This document shows, piece by piece, positions 12,500-23,861 of a stretch of DNA of 37,317 nt. Position numbers and translations under genes: made by a program. Each line of letters begins with the position of its first letter. Positions within the stretch are counted from its first letter, which is position 1. A model generated the notes under the pieces. That model was not told the DNA's origin. It made no database searches and saw nothing but the letters and a program-made list of their open reading frames with translations. This DNA is from Chiloscyllium plagiosum (Eukaryota), in NCBI RefSeq assembly GCF_004010195.1, contig NW_025213913.1, positions 1-37,317 on the forward strand, read 5' to 3'.

Positions 12500-12770
12500 T
12501 TGAAAAGTCAAAGAGTTATAGTGTCAAAAAAAAGCACGGAGACAGACCTTTCGGTGCAACTCGTACATATCGAGCAAATACCTTAACATAATTTCGTCAC
12601 ATTTGCCAGCACGAAGATCATATTCCTCTAGACCTGTTGAACGATAACTTGGTGTTGTGTGATTTTTAACTTTATCCACCTAAGTCCAGCATCAGCATCC
12701 AGAGATTTTTTACCTATCCATATTTCCATTCTGCTGTATTGGATCAGCCTCCAACACTTCCTCTGCCATA
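12500..12770 (-). mobile_element. Nested antisense CR1 3' tail, itself interrupted by a short PLE 3' tail (~12632-12705, plus)
   Basis: Reverse CR1 tail ('gcacggagacagacctttcggtgcaactcg'). The inner piece 'cctgttgaacgataacttggtgttgtgtgatttttaacttt..agtccagcatcagcatcc' resembles 35775-35848. Confidence 0.7.
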
Positions 12771-12869
12771 GTCTGGACCACTGGAGAACTATGAAGTTTA
12801 TCCTCTTGTGTAGATGATTAGGAAGTATAATCCATATAATTATAGATCGGTGAGACTCACGTCAGTGTT

Positions 12870-12973
12870 AGAATCTAGATTACAGTGTTGCTGAAAAAGA
12901 ACGGCAGGTCAGGCTGCATACTAGGTCCCTGAAAACCGACATTGCAGGCAATTGCCCTTCATCAGGATTGATG
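12870..12973 (-). mobile_element. Short PLE-terminus-derived insertion with 13-bp target-site duplication
   Basis: 'tcacgtcagtgtt' at 12857-12869 and 12974-12986; the insert is homologous to 35225-35313 and has a decayed hammerhead (CTGATGA-AGGGCAATTGCCT-GCAAT-GTC). Confidence 0.85.
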
Positions 12974-13516
12974 TCACGTCAGTGTTTGGCAAGGTGCTGG
13001 GGAGCTTACTTATTGATAGGATAAATTTATAAATGGAAGAAAATGTGCTTGTCAGTGATAGGCAATATTGTTTTGTGCAGGGAGGGTCTAACTAATAGAA
13101 CTTTTTAACGAAATCAGAAAGTTAATTATTGAGGAAAGGGCTGTAGATGTCATATACATGACTTCGGTCAGGCGTTTAATCAGGTTCTTGATGCGACACA
13201 GATGGAGAAATTGAAGCCATATGGGTTCCAGAGTGGACAAACTAGATGGATAGAGAACTGGCTGGTCAACAGGCCACGGAGAGGAATACTGGAATGGAGT
13301 TTGGCAAAATGAAGACCTGTGAAGCTGGTGTTCCACAAGTATCCATGCTTGGCCCATTGTCGCTTGTGATATACATTAATGATCTGGAGGAAGATGCAGA
13401 TGGTCTGATTAGTAAGTTTGCCGATGACAGCAACACTGGGACTGTCAGAGAATGTATAAGACCACAGATAGAAATGGCAGATGGAGTTCAACCTGCACAA
13501 TGCGGGATGGTATTTT

Positions 13517-13793
13517 ATAGATTAGATTGCCTACAGTGCGGAAGCAGGCCATTCAGCACAACAAGTCCACACCGACGCACCCAGACCTATTTACCTGCTC
13601 CTTGCTAATGCACCTACCATTATGTGCAATTTAGCATGGCCAATTCACATAACCCACACATCTTTGGACCGTGGAAGGAAACCAGAGCACCCGGAGGAAT
13701 CGCACGCAGACGCAGGAAGAATGTGTAAACTCCAGGAATAGAACCCATGGCCCTGGGGCTGTAAGGAAGCAGTGCTAACCACTGTGCCCCCGT
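13517..13793 (-). mobile_element. HE1-type tRNA-derived SINE, near full length
   Basis: Minus strand begins with tRNA-like 'ggcacagtggttagcactgc...gggttctattcc' (box A/B), continues with the central 'cctccgggtgctctggtttccttccacggtccaaagatgtg', and ends in an AATCT tail. Confidence 0.92.
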
Positions 13794-13862
13794 AATTGTC
13801 AGAAATAATTCTATTGGAACTTTATGGTAAATAGAAAAGCCCTGCGCAATATTGATGTACAA

Positions 13863-14130
13863 CAGTCTACTTGAATCTCTGGATTTTACTGCAGGTGACA
13901 TTTTCCTGCACAAGAAGGAATTCACTGAGGGTTCAGCTAAGCTCCACCATGAGGGCGCAGTCTGCCGTGTCTTTTGGACAGTTGAACGAATGCAGTGTCA
14001 CTTGTGCTCCGTGGTGGGGCACATACGAAAGAATGCTCCCCAGCACACACCGGCAATCATAGGTGGCGCTGCCACACCCACACTCCCTCTCCCTAAGACA
14101 AAACTGAAGGCCATATCAGCGGGACCAATG
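13863..14130 (+). mobile_element. Tx1-clade LINE ORF1 fragment with zinc knuckle
   Basis: EGAVCRVFWTVERMQCHLCSVVGHIRKN (C-x2-C-x4-H knuckle, last Cys lost). Confidence 0.7.
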
Positions 14131-14479
14131 TCAGGGTCTTCTCGTGCATTCAAATTTAGCAGGGAGGGACTGAGCGCCTGGTAGGACAGAACGCGTGGAA
14201 GAAGACATTATATGTTAAATCTCGCGAGTATGAACATGCCTCCGTGACCGCGTCGACGTCGCCCCAGTGTGGGAACCGTGGTCACTAAACCCCAATTCAA
14301 TTTGAAGCTCTGCGCTTTGGTGATGACATCGAGGCATCCATGCTCCCAGTCATCATGCCCGACACCCGCTCCATTATGGCCATCCTGTGGTACCCTTGCC
14401 CATTTAACTTTGCTGAAGGGTCCCTGATTCAGGCCCTGCAATACTCCCCTAGGCCCCAGCACCAACCCCTGGGAACCCG

Positions 14480-14915
14480 CTGCTGTTGCACCCCATCATG
14501 CAGCAGCTTTAGCTTTGGCTACTGAACAGGCAAATGGGCCCATGGCTGGCCTACCATCACCTGATTGTCCCGGGGCAGGACAGTAAGTTACACAAATTGG
14601 CTCTCTCCGCACTTGCGATGCTTCCTGCCTTCCCCCAGCTAATGATATCCCGTGAAAAGTTGGGAGGATAGCCTCAGGCTGCATGAGCAGGAGAGCGGGC
14701 AGGGAGGGAAGAATGTTTCCCATGCTTCCCGTTACCACAAGGAAGAGGCAACACCGCAGGATGGGGAGGAGTTTCCTGCCACATGCCGACAGTGCGAAAC
14801 CTCCCCAGGGAGTTTGCACTTGGTGCCTCCTTGCTTTCTTGTAATGTGGCCTGACTGACCTGTAATCCTGTTGGTCGCAGTCGATTCACCTACCTCCATC
14901 ATTCGACCAGCCACC
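14480..14915 (-). mobile_element. Antisense Tx1-like ORF1 fragment with degenerate tandem zinc knuckles
   Basis: GQSGHITRKQGGTKCKLPGEVSH resembles tandem CCHC knuckles after decay. Confidence 0.5.
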
Positions 14916-14999
14916 TAGAATGATCCTGTGCCCCATGTCGGCCTCGGTACAGCCGGTTATAATAACTTTAATATTGCCGGATCATCGAGTAATGGAGTG

Positions 15000-17341
15000 G
15001 AGGAAGATGTTATCCTCACTCCCAAACTGTTTTTCTGAGAGTCTTTGCTCTGGGGGAGGACCATTTCCCCGAAGCGGCTACGTCCCGGTTTTCAGAGATG
15101 AGCGGAGCCCCATGCAGGTGATGAGCTGAACTCGGTGCATTCTGGAAAGGGTTGCACGGAGGAAGTTACGAACGGGAAATCCGGAGGTGGTGGGGTGCGG
15201 GTTTCAGGTCAGCGGGCTTACGCGGATCATGCCCCAGTCTTACTTTGGGGGAGCAGTTGGTGACCAGTGCGACTGCCGGATGAGGGTTCTGGTTCGGTGC
15301 TGGCCACTGGAGAAGCCGTGGAGTCCATCTCTAGCGAGGTTTTTGCTCCCAGGCGCTACCTACTGAACCCTCCCTCATTCTGTCGAGAAACTCCTTTTCG
15401 CAATTTTATTGGTCGAGCCAGGCTGCTCACCCAGCACATGGATTGAACACTAGTAAGTGAAGGCATGTCAAGAACTTCCTCTTTGCTCTCCTGGTCAGGC
15501 CGAGGGATTTCTGCACCTCTCACGTGTCGTCTCAGTAACACTGTACCAGATTAATTGTATTGGTGGTGGTTGTACAAAACTGCTGAAATTAAGACAAAGA
15601 CAACCAGCCCCAACATCACCGGCAACACGGAGTCACAGTGCAGATTCCAGAACTTCTCAGTCCTTAGAAATGGAAGTAAGTAGTGTGCTTCCTGCAGAAA
15701 AGCACAGTACCCTGCAAGATGAAGCCACTCACTTCCTTGAGGGTCAAGGGGGTGTCTCCATGAATCACATAACCTGCAGATCGAGCTGGGTGGCATTCTT
15801 GTCGGTTCCGCAATTTCAGTCGGATGAAACGGAGCCTGTGCCAGGCAGTTTGATTCACCTAACGTTTCGGCAGCGTGCTGCTAACTTCAATTTGAGAACG
15901 TTTCCACTTCCTTGGATGAACTGAGGCAAACATGCTTCGACATACAAATGTCTATGCATTTCGCCTCCACTAACCAGAGCCAGTGCTTTGTCCTTGGGAG
16001 AGATTTTAACTGTGTCCTTCGAGGACAGGGACCACGGCGGTGCCCAAGATGGTTGAGCATTGCGACAGTGTGAAGGATTTTGTCAAGTCGTTCCAACTGG
16101 TGGACATTCGGAGGAATCTCCATCCTGACTCCATCGGCTTCATCTTCGTAAGCGCTGGTGGCGAAGCATCCAGAATCGACAGCCTGTTTGTTTTTCGGAC
16201 GTATATCTCCTGCTTTCCAGCGTTCTCCATGCGGCAGGTATCGTGCACGGACTATCACCTGGTGTGGGCAGAATTCCCTCTGTTCCGCGATCATCTTGGT
16301 CTGCGTCCTGGTACATTAAAAATCTGCCGCTGGATTTCGAACGGTTCCAGAAATTGCTTTTCCAGTACCGGGCCGCCGGGAAAAGGTAAGAGAGGAAGGT
16401 TCCCATTTCTGAGGTTATGGTGGGACGTGGGCAAGGCTCACGTCCGCACTTTCTGTCAAGGAGGGGTTCGAAGAAGAGGTTGAAATTCAGGATTCAGGAG
16501 TTGCAGAAGGAAGTGCTTGATCTGGACTCATGTCTTGGTGAACCCGATGAGGCCACAGCCCTGCGAGGGGTGTACGAAGAGAAGAAGGCCGCACTCCGAG
16601 ACGTGCAGATCTTCCATTCCCGAAGCACATACATGAGTTCGTGGATCCAGCTCCTCCCAGACCAGGACTGTGGCTGCCCCTTCTTCTACTAGCTGGAAAC
16701 AAAGTGCCGCATCCATCAGCAGCTCCTTGTGCTTCTGCCACATGATGGATCTCCCATCTCGGATCTGGAGGGTATCAGGCCCAGATGCGCTCCTATTACA
16801 TGTATCTCTTCAGTCAACATCGGTCCAGGGAGATGTTCACTGGGTCTGTGGGACAACTTGCCACAGCCCAACCCACAGGTAGTGGTACGGGTCGATTCTA
16901 CTGCCACCTTATTGGAATTGACCGGCGCCCTCGACTGCTCCCGATCCCCAAGTCCCAGCGGCTAGATGGGCTGACTTGGAGTTATTTATTGCGTTTTGAA
17001 ACATCCTGAGGAGTGACTACACATTAGTCATGATGAAATGTCGTACAGCCGTAGACCTGTCCTTTTCTTGACGTGGGCGGCCATTGTCCTGCTGCTGAAG
17101 AAAAGGGACCTTTGTTCTTTGAAGAACTGTCGTGCGGTCTTCTTCCTCAGCATGGATTTAAAAATTTTTCATCAGGGTGTTGACTTCTTCCCTGACTTCT
17201 GTGCTGGCCGTCATGAATCAATCAGATCAGTCCTACATGGTACAGGGCCGGAGACTCCACGACAACATGCATCTGGTCCTTGACCGGATACATTTCTGTC
17301 GACAGGCTGGTCCGCTGAGTCCCTTACTGCCTCTCCATCAG
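15000..17341 (+). mobile_element. Tx1-clade LINE copy 1 (ORF1 C-terminus, ORF2 endonuclease, linker, RT start), 3'-truncated
   Basis: LGRDFNCVL, ASRIDSLF, CTDYHLVW (endonuclease); LWWDVGKAHVRTFCQ, LLLKKRDLCSLKNCRAVFFLSMDLKI, QSDQSYMVQGRRLHDNMHLVLD (Tx1 149-kDa-protein-like); many frameshifts. Confidence 0.9.
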
Positions 17342-20300
17342 GGTATTTCATTCAGTGTTTGCGTTTGCTTTTCTTGTTCTGAGTTTCCTTCTTTTTGTTT
17401 CTTTTAATTTTAGTTGTGCTCAGCTGCTCAACCAGCTAACGCCACTGTTACAGCTGCTGCAGCCTGGTCCTACTACTACAGCTGCAGTGTAGGCCTCATA
17501 TACACCTCAATACTGCTGCTACTGCCTGGGCCCTTTCTTTTCCACGACTGCCTGGGGCTTAATTCTACTGCTACAGCCCAGGATCTACGTCTACCACTGG
17601 TGCCTGTGTCACCACCTGGCCATGAGGCTATTGTTGATGCCTGTTGCCTGCCTCTGAAAAGTTTGCTCTACCTGCCCTCGCTATGTCCCTGTTTTCCCAT
17701 AGCCTGTAGTATACCTGGAGAGGATGGGGAAGGAGCATCAGGCCCAGTGACCACCAATGTCCATGGGAAGGGGAGAGCCCAGAAGATACTCAATGCCTCC
17801 CTGGGAAAAAGGCACCACGCTCAGGAAGCCATGGGCTTCCCTGTAGTGCACCAGTGGCTCTGTCCCTCCCAAGGAAATGAGCCGACACCCCATCCTGCGT
17901 ATCGTGCACCATAATCTAACCAACTCGTCCTCCAGTTTTAGGGGACGAATCAGAACCCAGTGTGGGCGACTGTGCAGGCAATAAGGTTTTTAGTAACGCT
18001 AGATCATTGGGCGGCGTTACCTTTTTTCCTCCTCTCGAGACTGTTTAACCGGAAGACGTGGCCTGGAGGTGGACGTTTTTCCTTCAGAGTCAGGCGTCCC
18101 CATGTCGGGAGAGGAGTAGGGCTACAAGCCTCTGATACACTCTGACCCGACCTCGGGGCATTCCAGCAATGGGTGCGCTGAGACGATTAGTGCCTACAAC
18201 CCTGAAGTCGAGGTCCCTGGGGTTTTGAGATAAATTGGTGGTGCCAGACCATCACCCACTCTCACATTGGTGGCGGGGCTGGAAGCCAAAGGTGACTGCC
18301 CTGAGGAGGGTTTGGGCTCTGTTCTGGACACGGGGATCATGCAACGTCTGTTTCCAGCGAGGTTTATGACTCCCGATTCCATCCCTACCGACCTCCACCT
18401 CGACCGGGAACTTTGGGACTTTGTTGAGGAAATTCATAGTCGTCGGAATAGATCCCATTTGACATCGCCCACTTGAGCTCCTTTGAGCTGTTATATTTGT
18501 CAATTAAGGCTTCTCAATCTTCTTAGAGCTGCTATACTGGACAACTCAGGCTTCTCAGCAAGCACCTGGGCTGGACATAAAACAATGAAAGCGAATCAAA
18601 ATGTCCTTGGTTTACGCCTGATGAAGGCGAGGGAATTTTGCACCCTTCCCTCGTCCTACCAGTAAATGCACATGGTTTTAATTGTATTGGTGTTGATTAC
18701 ACAATAAAGACTACTAGAGCCAGCCTCAATATCACGGGCAGTAGGGAACCACACCACAAATTCCAGACGTCCTCGGTCCTTCAGGACGGGAATTATGCAG
18801 TGTGCGGCCTGCAAGAACCTCACGCTACCCCGGGAGATGAAGCCACCTGGCCCCTGGAGTCGAAAGGGAGGTCTCCGTGAGTCACCTCCGCCGCAGATTT
18901 CCCGGAGCGGCTATTTGTTTGTCCCACATTTTCAGCCAGAGACATCGGTTGTCTGGGATGCTGTGCTAGACCATTTGCTTCACGTGCCGTTCGGCTAGGG
19001 GGCGCAGAGCTTAGCTTTTGGAATGTTTCTGCTGCCCTGGAAGAACCGAGGCAAACATGCTTCTATGTAGAAGTGTCCACTCATCTCACTTCCATCGCTG
19101 AAGGCCAATGCGTAATCCTCAGGTGAGATTTTAACTGCATCCTCGATGACAGGGACACGTCGGTGACTGGACTGGTTTGGCGTTGGTGAGGGGATTTGGA
19201 GATTTTGTCAAGTCCTGCGACTTGGTTTCCATCTTTTGGAATATTCTTTTTCACTCAATCGCCTTCACCTTTGGTAGGCCTGAAGTCAGAGAACCAGAAT
19301 CTACCACCTATACATTTACCTCCTGCTTTCTCGCAGCCTCCATGTGGCAGATGCCGGGCATGACCTGTTGTGGGTGGAAGTCCTTCAATTTGGCGTCCTG
19401 TCGGGTTCACGTCCTGGCACTTTAAAAACCTGCTGTTCGAGAACTGCTCTGAGACACCTTTCGTCAGTTCTCGGCCATCTGGAGTCGGACAAAGGGATAC
19501 CTTCCCTCGCTGAGGCCATGTTTGGACATGGGCAAGGCTTACGTATGCGTTTTCTTCCAGAATAACGCGAGGGAGTCCACAAAGAGGCAGAAATGCAGTA
19601 TTGAGGTGTTCAAGAATGATGTCATCGATTTGGAGTAACAATTCAGATAGCCTGATGTGGAATCTGCCCTGCGGGGGTTTGTATGAAGATTGGAATACCG
19701 CGCTCTTAGACTTGAAGCTCTTTAGGCCCCGGGGCACATACGTGAGTTTAAGGGTCCAGCTCCTCCAGAACTTGGACTGTGGCTTCCCATTGATCTACTC
19801 GTTGGGAGAAAGAGGTACAACACCCGTCAGCAGCTTCTTGGGCTGCTGGCCGACGACGGGTGCCTTGCCTCGGATCAAGAGGGTGTCAGGGTCCAATTTC
19901 GCGCCTTTTACTCGGGTATGTTCTCTTTGGATCCGTCCAGCGTGGATGCTTAACCCGCTGGACAGGACTACGCCGAGTGCTGGTTTCTGATCAGCTGGTG
20001 GTCATCATACTGAAGCAGCAGCTGGTCCTTTTTTCCCTCTTCCTGGCTTTGTTACTAACTTACAGAGAAATGTGTTTCACTTCTTCTGATACCAGAAAAT
20101 AAAAGTCGAACTTCGTCACAGCACTGGTCCTCAGTCTCCCTGTTGAGGAAGGTGGTCATTCACTGGTGTGCTTCCGTGACTTGTCGTGAAACATTTACAT
20201 TGAACCTCCTCGAAGGCTGAACGCCCTGAAGACGTATTTTTCCCCTAGGTGGGTAAACTCAACTACAATACACAACTCCTGTTTATCGACCTTCATTGTC

Positions 20301-21521
20301 GGGAGCTCGCCCTCAGGACACTGCCTATCTTTTACCAGTACCTGATCACTGTCTGGAACATGGTTGAATCACATCATGTCTCATCGCTGGCAGGGCTTGT
20401 AGTTGTTGTCAAGGAACCATTGCTCAGGAATCTGCTCCTCTGTACTCGCGGGGTCGAGTGGCTGTCAAAGGGGAATACGATCGTGGTGAGTGTGACCAGG
20501 GTCGGGAATGTGCTGTGTGGTGGATGCTTGGGATTAACGCTGCTACAGGATATAGCGAACTGGGTAGCGGTAGACGTACGGTTTGTGGTCACTGCCATTC
20601 GACGACTTAAAACAGCACTGCTTAGACTCGACGTAGTGCACGAGATGGAGGATGCTCAGGTGTGCAGTGGAATCCTGTCTGCACATGCCCCTGCTTGGAT
20701 AGAATTTCACATTGACCCCATGGCGACTGTGTCTCACAACGTGAGCCGCCTCTGGAGATTTACTTATGTCCCTTTTAAAGATGCAAATCGAAAAAGACTA
20801 ATGATGCATGCTATTCATCCAATCGCATTTATTAAACGCCTGGACGTCCTTTGCTTGCTCATTTCCCACCGGTTGGTGGAGATTCCTAGCAAAGGATTGT
20901 TTATGAAGGGTTCTCCCTCTTTACCTCGGGTTCTGGGAAGGAGGTTGTTACACGCACCAGTTCTGTGTAAACGTAGATTGTGGTGGTTCATGGTCTCCCA
21001 AATTAACTATTTGTTCTGTGGTGCTGTGGAGTCTATGGGCCCTGCCTATGTTGGGTGCGAGCGTTTGCACTCGTATTTTTAGTTTTCTTAACGATCTTCC
21101 TTTATATTTTTGGGTTCAATTCAGCCCCATGCTCCTGATCTGTGAGCACCCAATACGGACGAGGGTGGTGTGTGGTGTGGGCAGGTCAGTAGATCTGCTA
21201 GTGGGTCAGCTCCTGGACATAACCAAGATGGCCATAAACAAGTCCAAGCAGCGGGCCATGGAGGTGTTCGTTATGGCGGACTACCTGCCCCTCTTCTGTG
21301 GTTACGTTTGGACCAGGGTGCACTGGGAGAAAGTGCATGCGTTTTCCAACAATCCTCTCTCAGTATTTGTGGACAGATTGTCACTGCGGGACACGGAGTG
21401 CTTTATTATCTCCTTCAAATGTATTTTGATATGATCCCAACACTCCCATTCATTTTTCGTTCCTGTCGCTATTCTCCTTAAAGAAAACGGCACTGTTTTT
21501 CACTGGGCAAAGGAAAAGAAA
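17342..21521 (+). mobile_element. Tx1-clade LINE copy 2: T-rich 5' end, ORF1, endonuclease, internally deleted RT, C-terminal zinc-binding region and 3' UTR
   Basis: RASLNITGSREPHHKFQTSSVLQDGNYAVCGLQEPH (endonuclease start); 18300-19900 is paralogous to 15300-16800; C-terminus LFCGAVES..YVGCERLH, KMAINKSKQR, ends ISFKCILI*; A-rich end at ~21508-21521. Confidence 0.88.
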
Positions 21522-22160
21522 GTAATATAACTTACACAATGGTACTATTACTGAATCCTTGCATTCCCAGACGATCAGGGCATTTAGAATCGCCTCAGTT
21601 AGATGGATTGTCTCAGGGCTTGCTCGCACGACCAGGGTACTCTGCATAAGGGAAGCAATGGTGGTTTGTGGATGGGATATAGGTCTCTGCGCAGTAATTT
21701 CAGAGGGTCATTATGAGAGTTGACGTGGCATATGAACGGCGAGGGATCAAGTACAGAGAGATGCACTATTTTGTGGTCAGGCCGGAGTGGTGACGTAGAG
21801 GTGGAAGCAATGACAGAGCGACTTCAACCAAACTTTTGAGCTCGATCTCGTTCCACTCCCCTTCCTTGAGGTCAAGGACTTGCGACAGATCTGTCTTTCT
21901 CCAGTTCAGCTTCTTCCAACACAATATACTTCTCTCTGCTGCTTGTCATTTTCAAATGATCTTTTTTTTTCATTTTCCAACGAATTCGAGATACAGGAAG
22001 TGGAATGGTTCTTTTTCTCACCGGCCCTGAGTGGAAGTGTGAACCTGTAACCTGGGGGTCAGGTTCCACAAACCAGGACGGCCTGGAGTTCGTTATCACA
22101 GCAACAGGAGTTTTATCGCTGAAACGTTGCACTGAAATGAGAAAGTGCTTAATGCAGTGA

Positions 22161-23056
22161 TTAATGAATGATTTTGATTGCTTTATTAATTTGTGTAAAG
22201 GGATATTTAAGCACATTCTTGAGCTGCTGTCTGAACTTAGTATGGGTCACGACATAAATTGCGGTGTTGGTACAGCAACTGAGGAACTGCAGCATGAATC
22301 CCATTTGCCGCACAAATTTCGGGAGATGCACAGAATCATACCCAATCCATGTCATTCTGAACCATGTAGAATACAGCATTAACATTGACCATAACAGGAT
22401 GAAATTGGCCGAGATCACAAAAAGTAAAATGATGGATTTTCGTCGATTTCGCATTAGTGTGTCCCCATTGGTGTGAGCTCCGTACCTCTTGCAGGTTTTG
22501 CTGGTCACTAAAATAAGTCTGACGATGAACGCGTGGAACAGGAGAATCAGGAGAAACGGGAGGGCCGGAGTTAGAATGTAATGGATGAACTCGATTGTGG
22601 CCCAGACATGAGAATATAGAACATTGCCTTTTACCTTACAAAACCATGGAACGTTAACCAGTGAATACTGAGCTGTGAGGTTAAAATACCAGAAAATGTT
22701 CTTTAAAGAGCTCAGCACAGTCACTGTTGCCAGAACCACAGCCGCCATTTTCTGAGTGCAATATTTGTTTTTCTGCTTTTGGCAACAAATGGAAACAAAT
22801 AGATCAAAAGCGAAAGTGACAGTGAACCAGACAGAACAGTCAGAAGCTGCATAAAGCAGAATGGCATGGATATTACACACAGGGATGGACAACACGAAAC
22901 GAAACTGTTGCCGATAAATAATCGGGATATGTCTCAATATCAGGTCGAGGATAATAACCAGTAGATCTGCCACTGCCATGGCCCCGAGGTAAGATCTGAC
23001 ACATGGATACAATCCACAGTCTTTATAAAACAGGATGAAGATCGTCACTACGTTAA
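22161..23056 (-). CDS. Main coding exon of a GPR139-like (GPR139/GPR142-related) class A GPCR; first exon not confidently located; possibly a pseudogene
   Basis: Open 295-aa frame with TM2-7 and family motifs CGL, YLGAMAVADLLVII, DCSVWFTVTF.FD.FVSICCQK..KYCT, NRRKSIILLFVIS, LQFLSCCTNTAIY..T.TKFR. Acceptor 'caatacag|TT AAC GTA' at 23057/23056 is phase 1, giving V-N-V-V-T-I. Confidence 0.9.
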
Positions 23057-23140
23057 CTGTATTGAATCAAAACAAACACGTTATACATCAACCTCAAATA
23101 AGGTTACCAGTTTGATTGAGGTAACTTTGAAACAGTGTAT

Positions 23141-23187
23141 CCTTCTTCCTGGAATGGGATCCCTTCTTCCTGGAATGGGATCCCTTC
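23141..23187. repeat. Perfect 21-bp tandem duplication in the GPCR intron
   Basis: 'ccttcttcctggaatgggatc' x2 plus partial 'ccttc'. Confidence 0.95.
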
Positions 23188-23861
23188 CCTCAAAATCTTA
23201 TTTTTCGTTCAATTGACTGACGTTCGGTCGTTTACAAATAATGTCACATGTTACATTTTCTGCGGTATATCAGTTATAGAATTTATTACCGGTACAGAAT
23301 ATTGTAGATAATATAAATTTAACAATTTTCTGGAAGATTATATTTATCGAATGTTCCAGTTCATATTTATACAATTCCCAGTCTCAATAAAAATCAGTCA
23401 GCCGTTAGGTATACGTAAGGGGAAGGAATGGAATTGTTTTTTTTTTCAAACTGTACAATTAAATTTCGTCATGAGGTCTTCCAGCAATTCAAACATGCTC
23501 CAACATTCAATAAGTTTACGGCTGATCTGATTACAGCAAGGCTTTTCAGTCAGATAACTCCCTGCTTCCTGCCTCTGCGCAGCTGACACCCGGATTTTTT
23601 TTACACCAGTTTGCTTCACGTATGTATTCAGGAAGCATTTTGCCTGGGGGCAGGCAAACCAAACACTATATTACATCAACTTTATATATATTTATACATA
23701 TAGGCACAGTTTAGAAACAGCAATCAAAGTAGACATTTCTGGTTCATGGTAATACTTGACCCCATTGATATTCATGAATATCTCTGCATCTGCCTCAAAA
23801 ATAGTCTGCCTCCTACGGCCTCTGGGGAAGAGAATTCCAAAGACCCAAAACAATGTTTAAA

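Larger units (their letters stand above)
10745..13862 (+). mobile_element. Long decayed CR1 LINE (end of ORF1, endonuclease, linker, RT) with nested insertions
   Basis: RVRMNECLEKWCRR (ORF1); YICFNARSVQDKTVDLRACISNWEYDIIGITDT (endonuclease); GIYPRFLREVAEEIVGA; GVPQVSMLGPLSLVIYINDLEEDADGLISKFADD (RT). The element resumes after the SINE as VNRKALRNIDVQ. Confidence 0.92.

Noticed and set aside
13730..13793. tRNA-like box A/B sequence (also 27825-27891)
   Set aside because: These are SINE heads continuing into the HE1 body, not tRNA genes.
20249..21082. 277-aa ORF as a host gene
   Set aside because: It is the decayed C-terminal part of Tx1 ORF2 with mutated zinc ligands.
21595..21650. Scattered resemblance to the 3' half of U2 snRNA just after the Tx1 tail (a known target of some Tx1 families)
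   Set aside because: Only short words match and several large gaps are needed; the sequence directly after the junction does not resemble U2.
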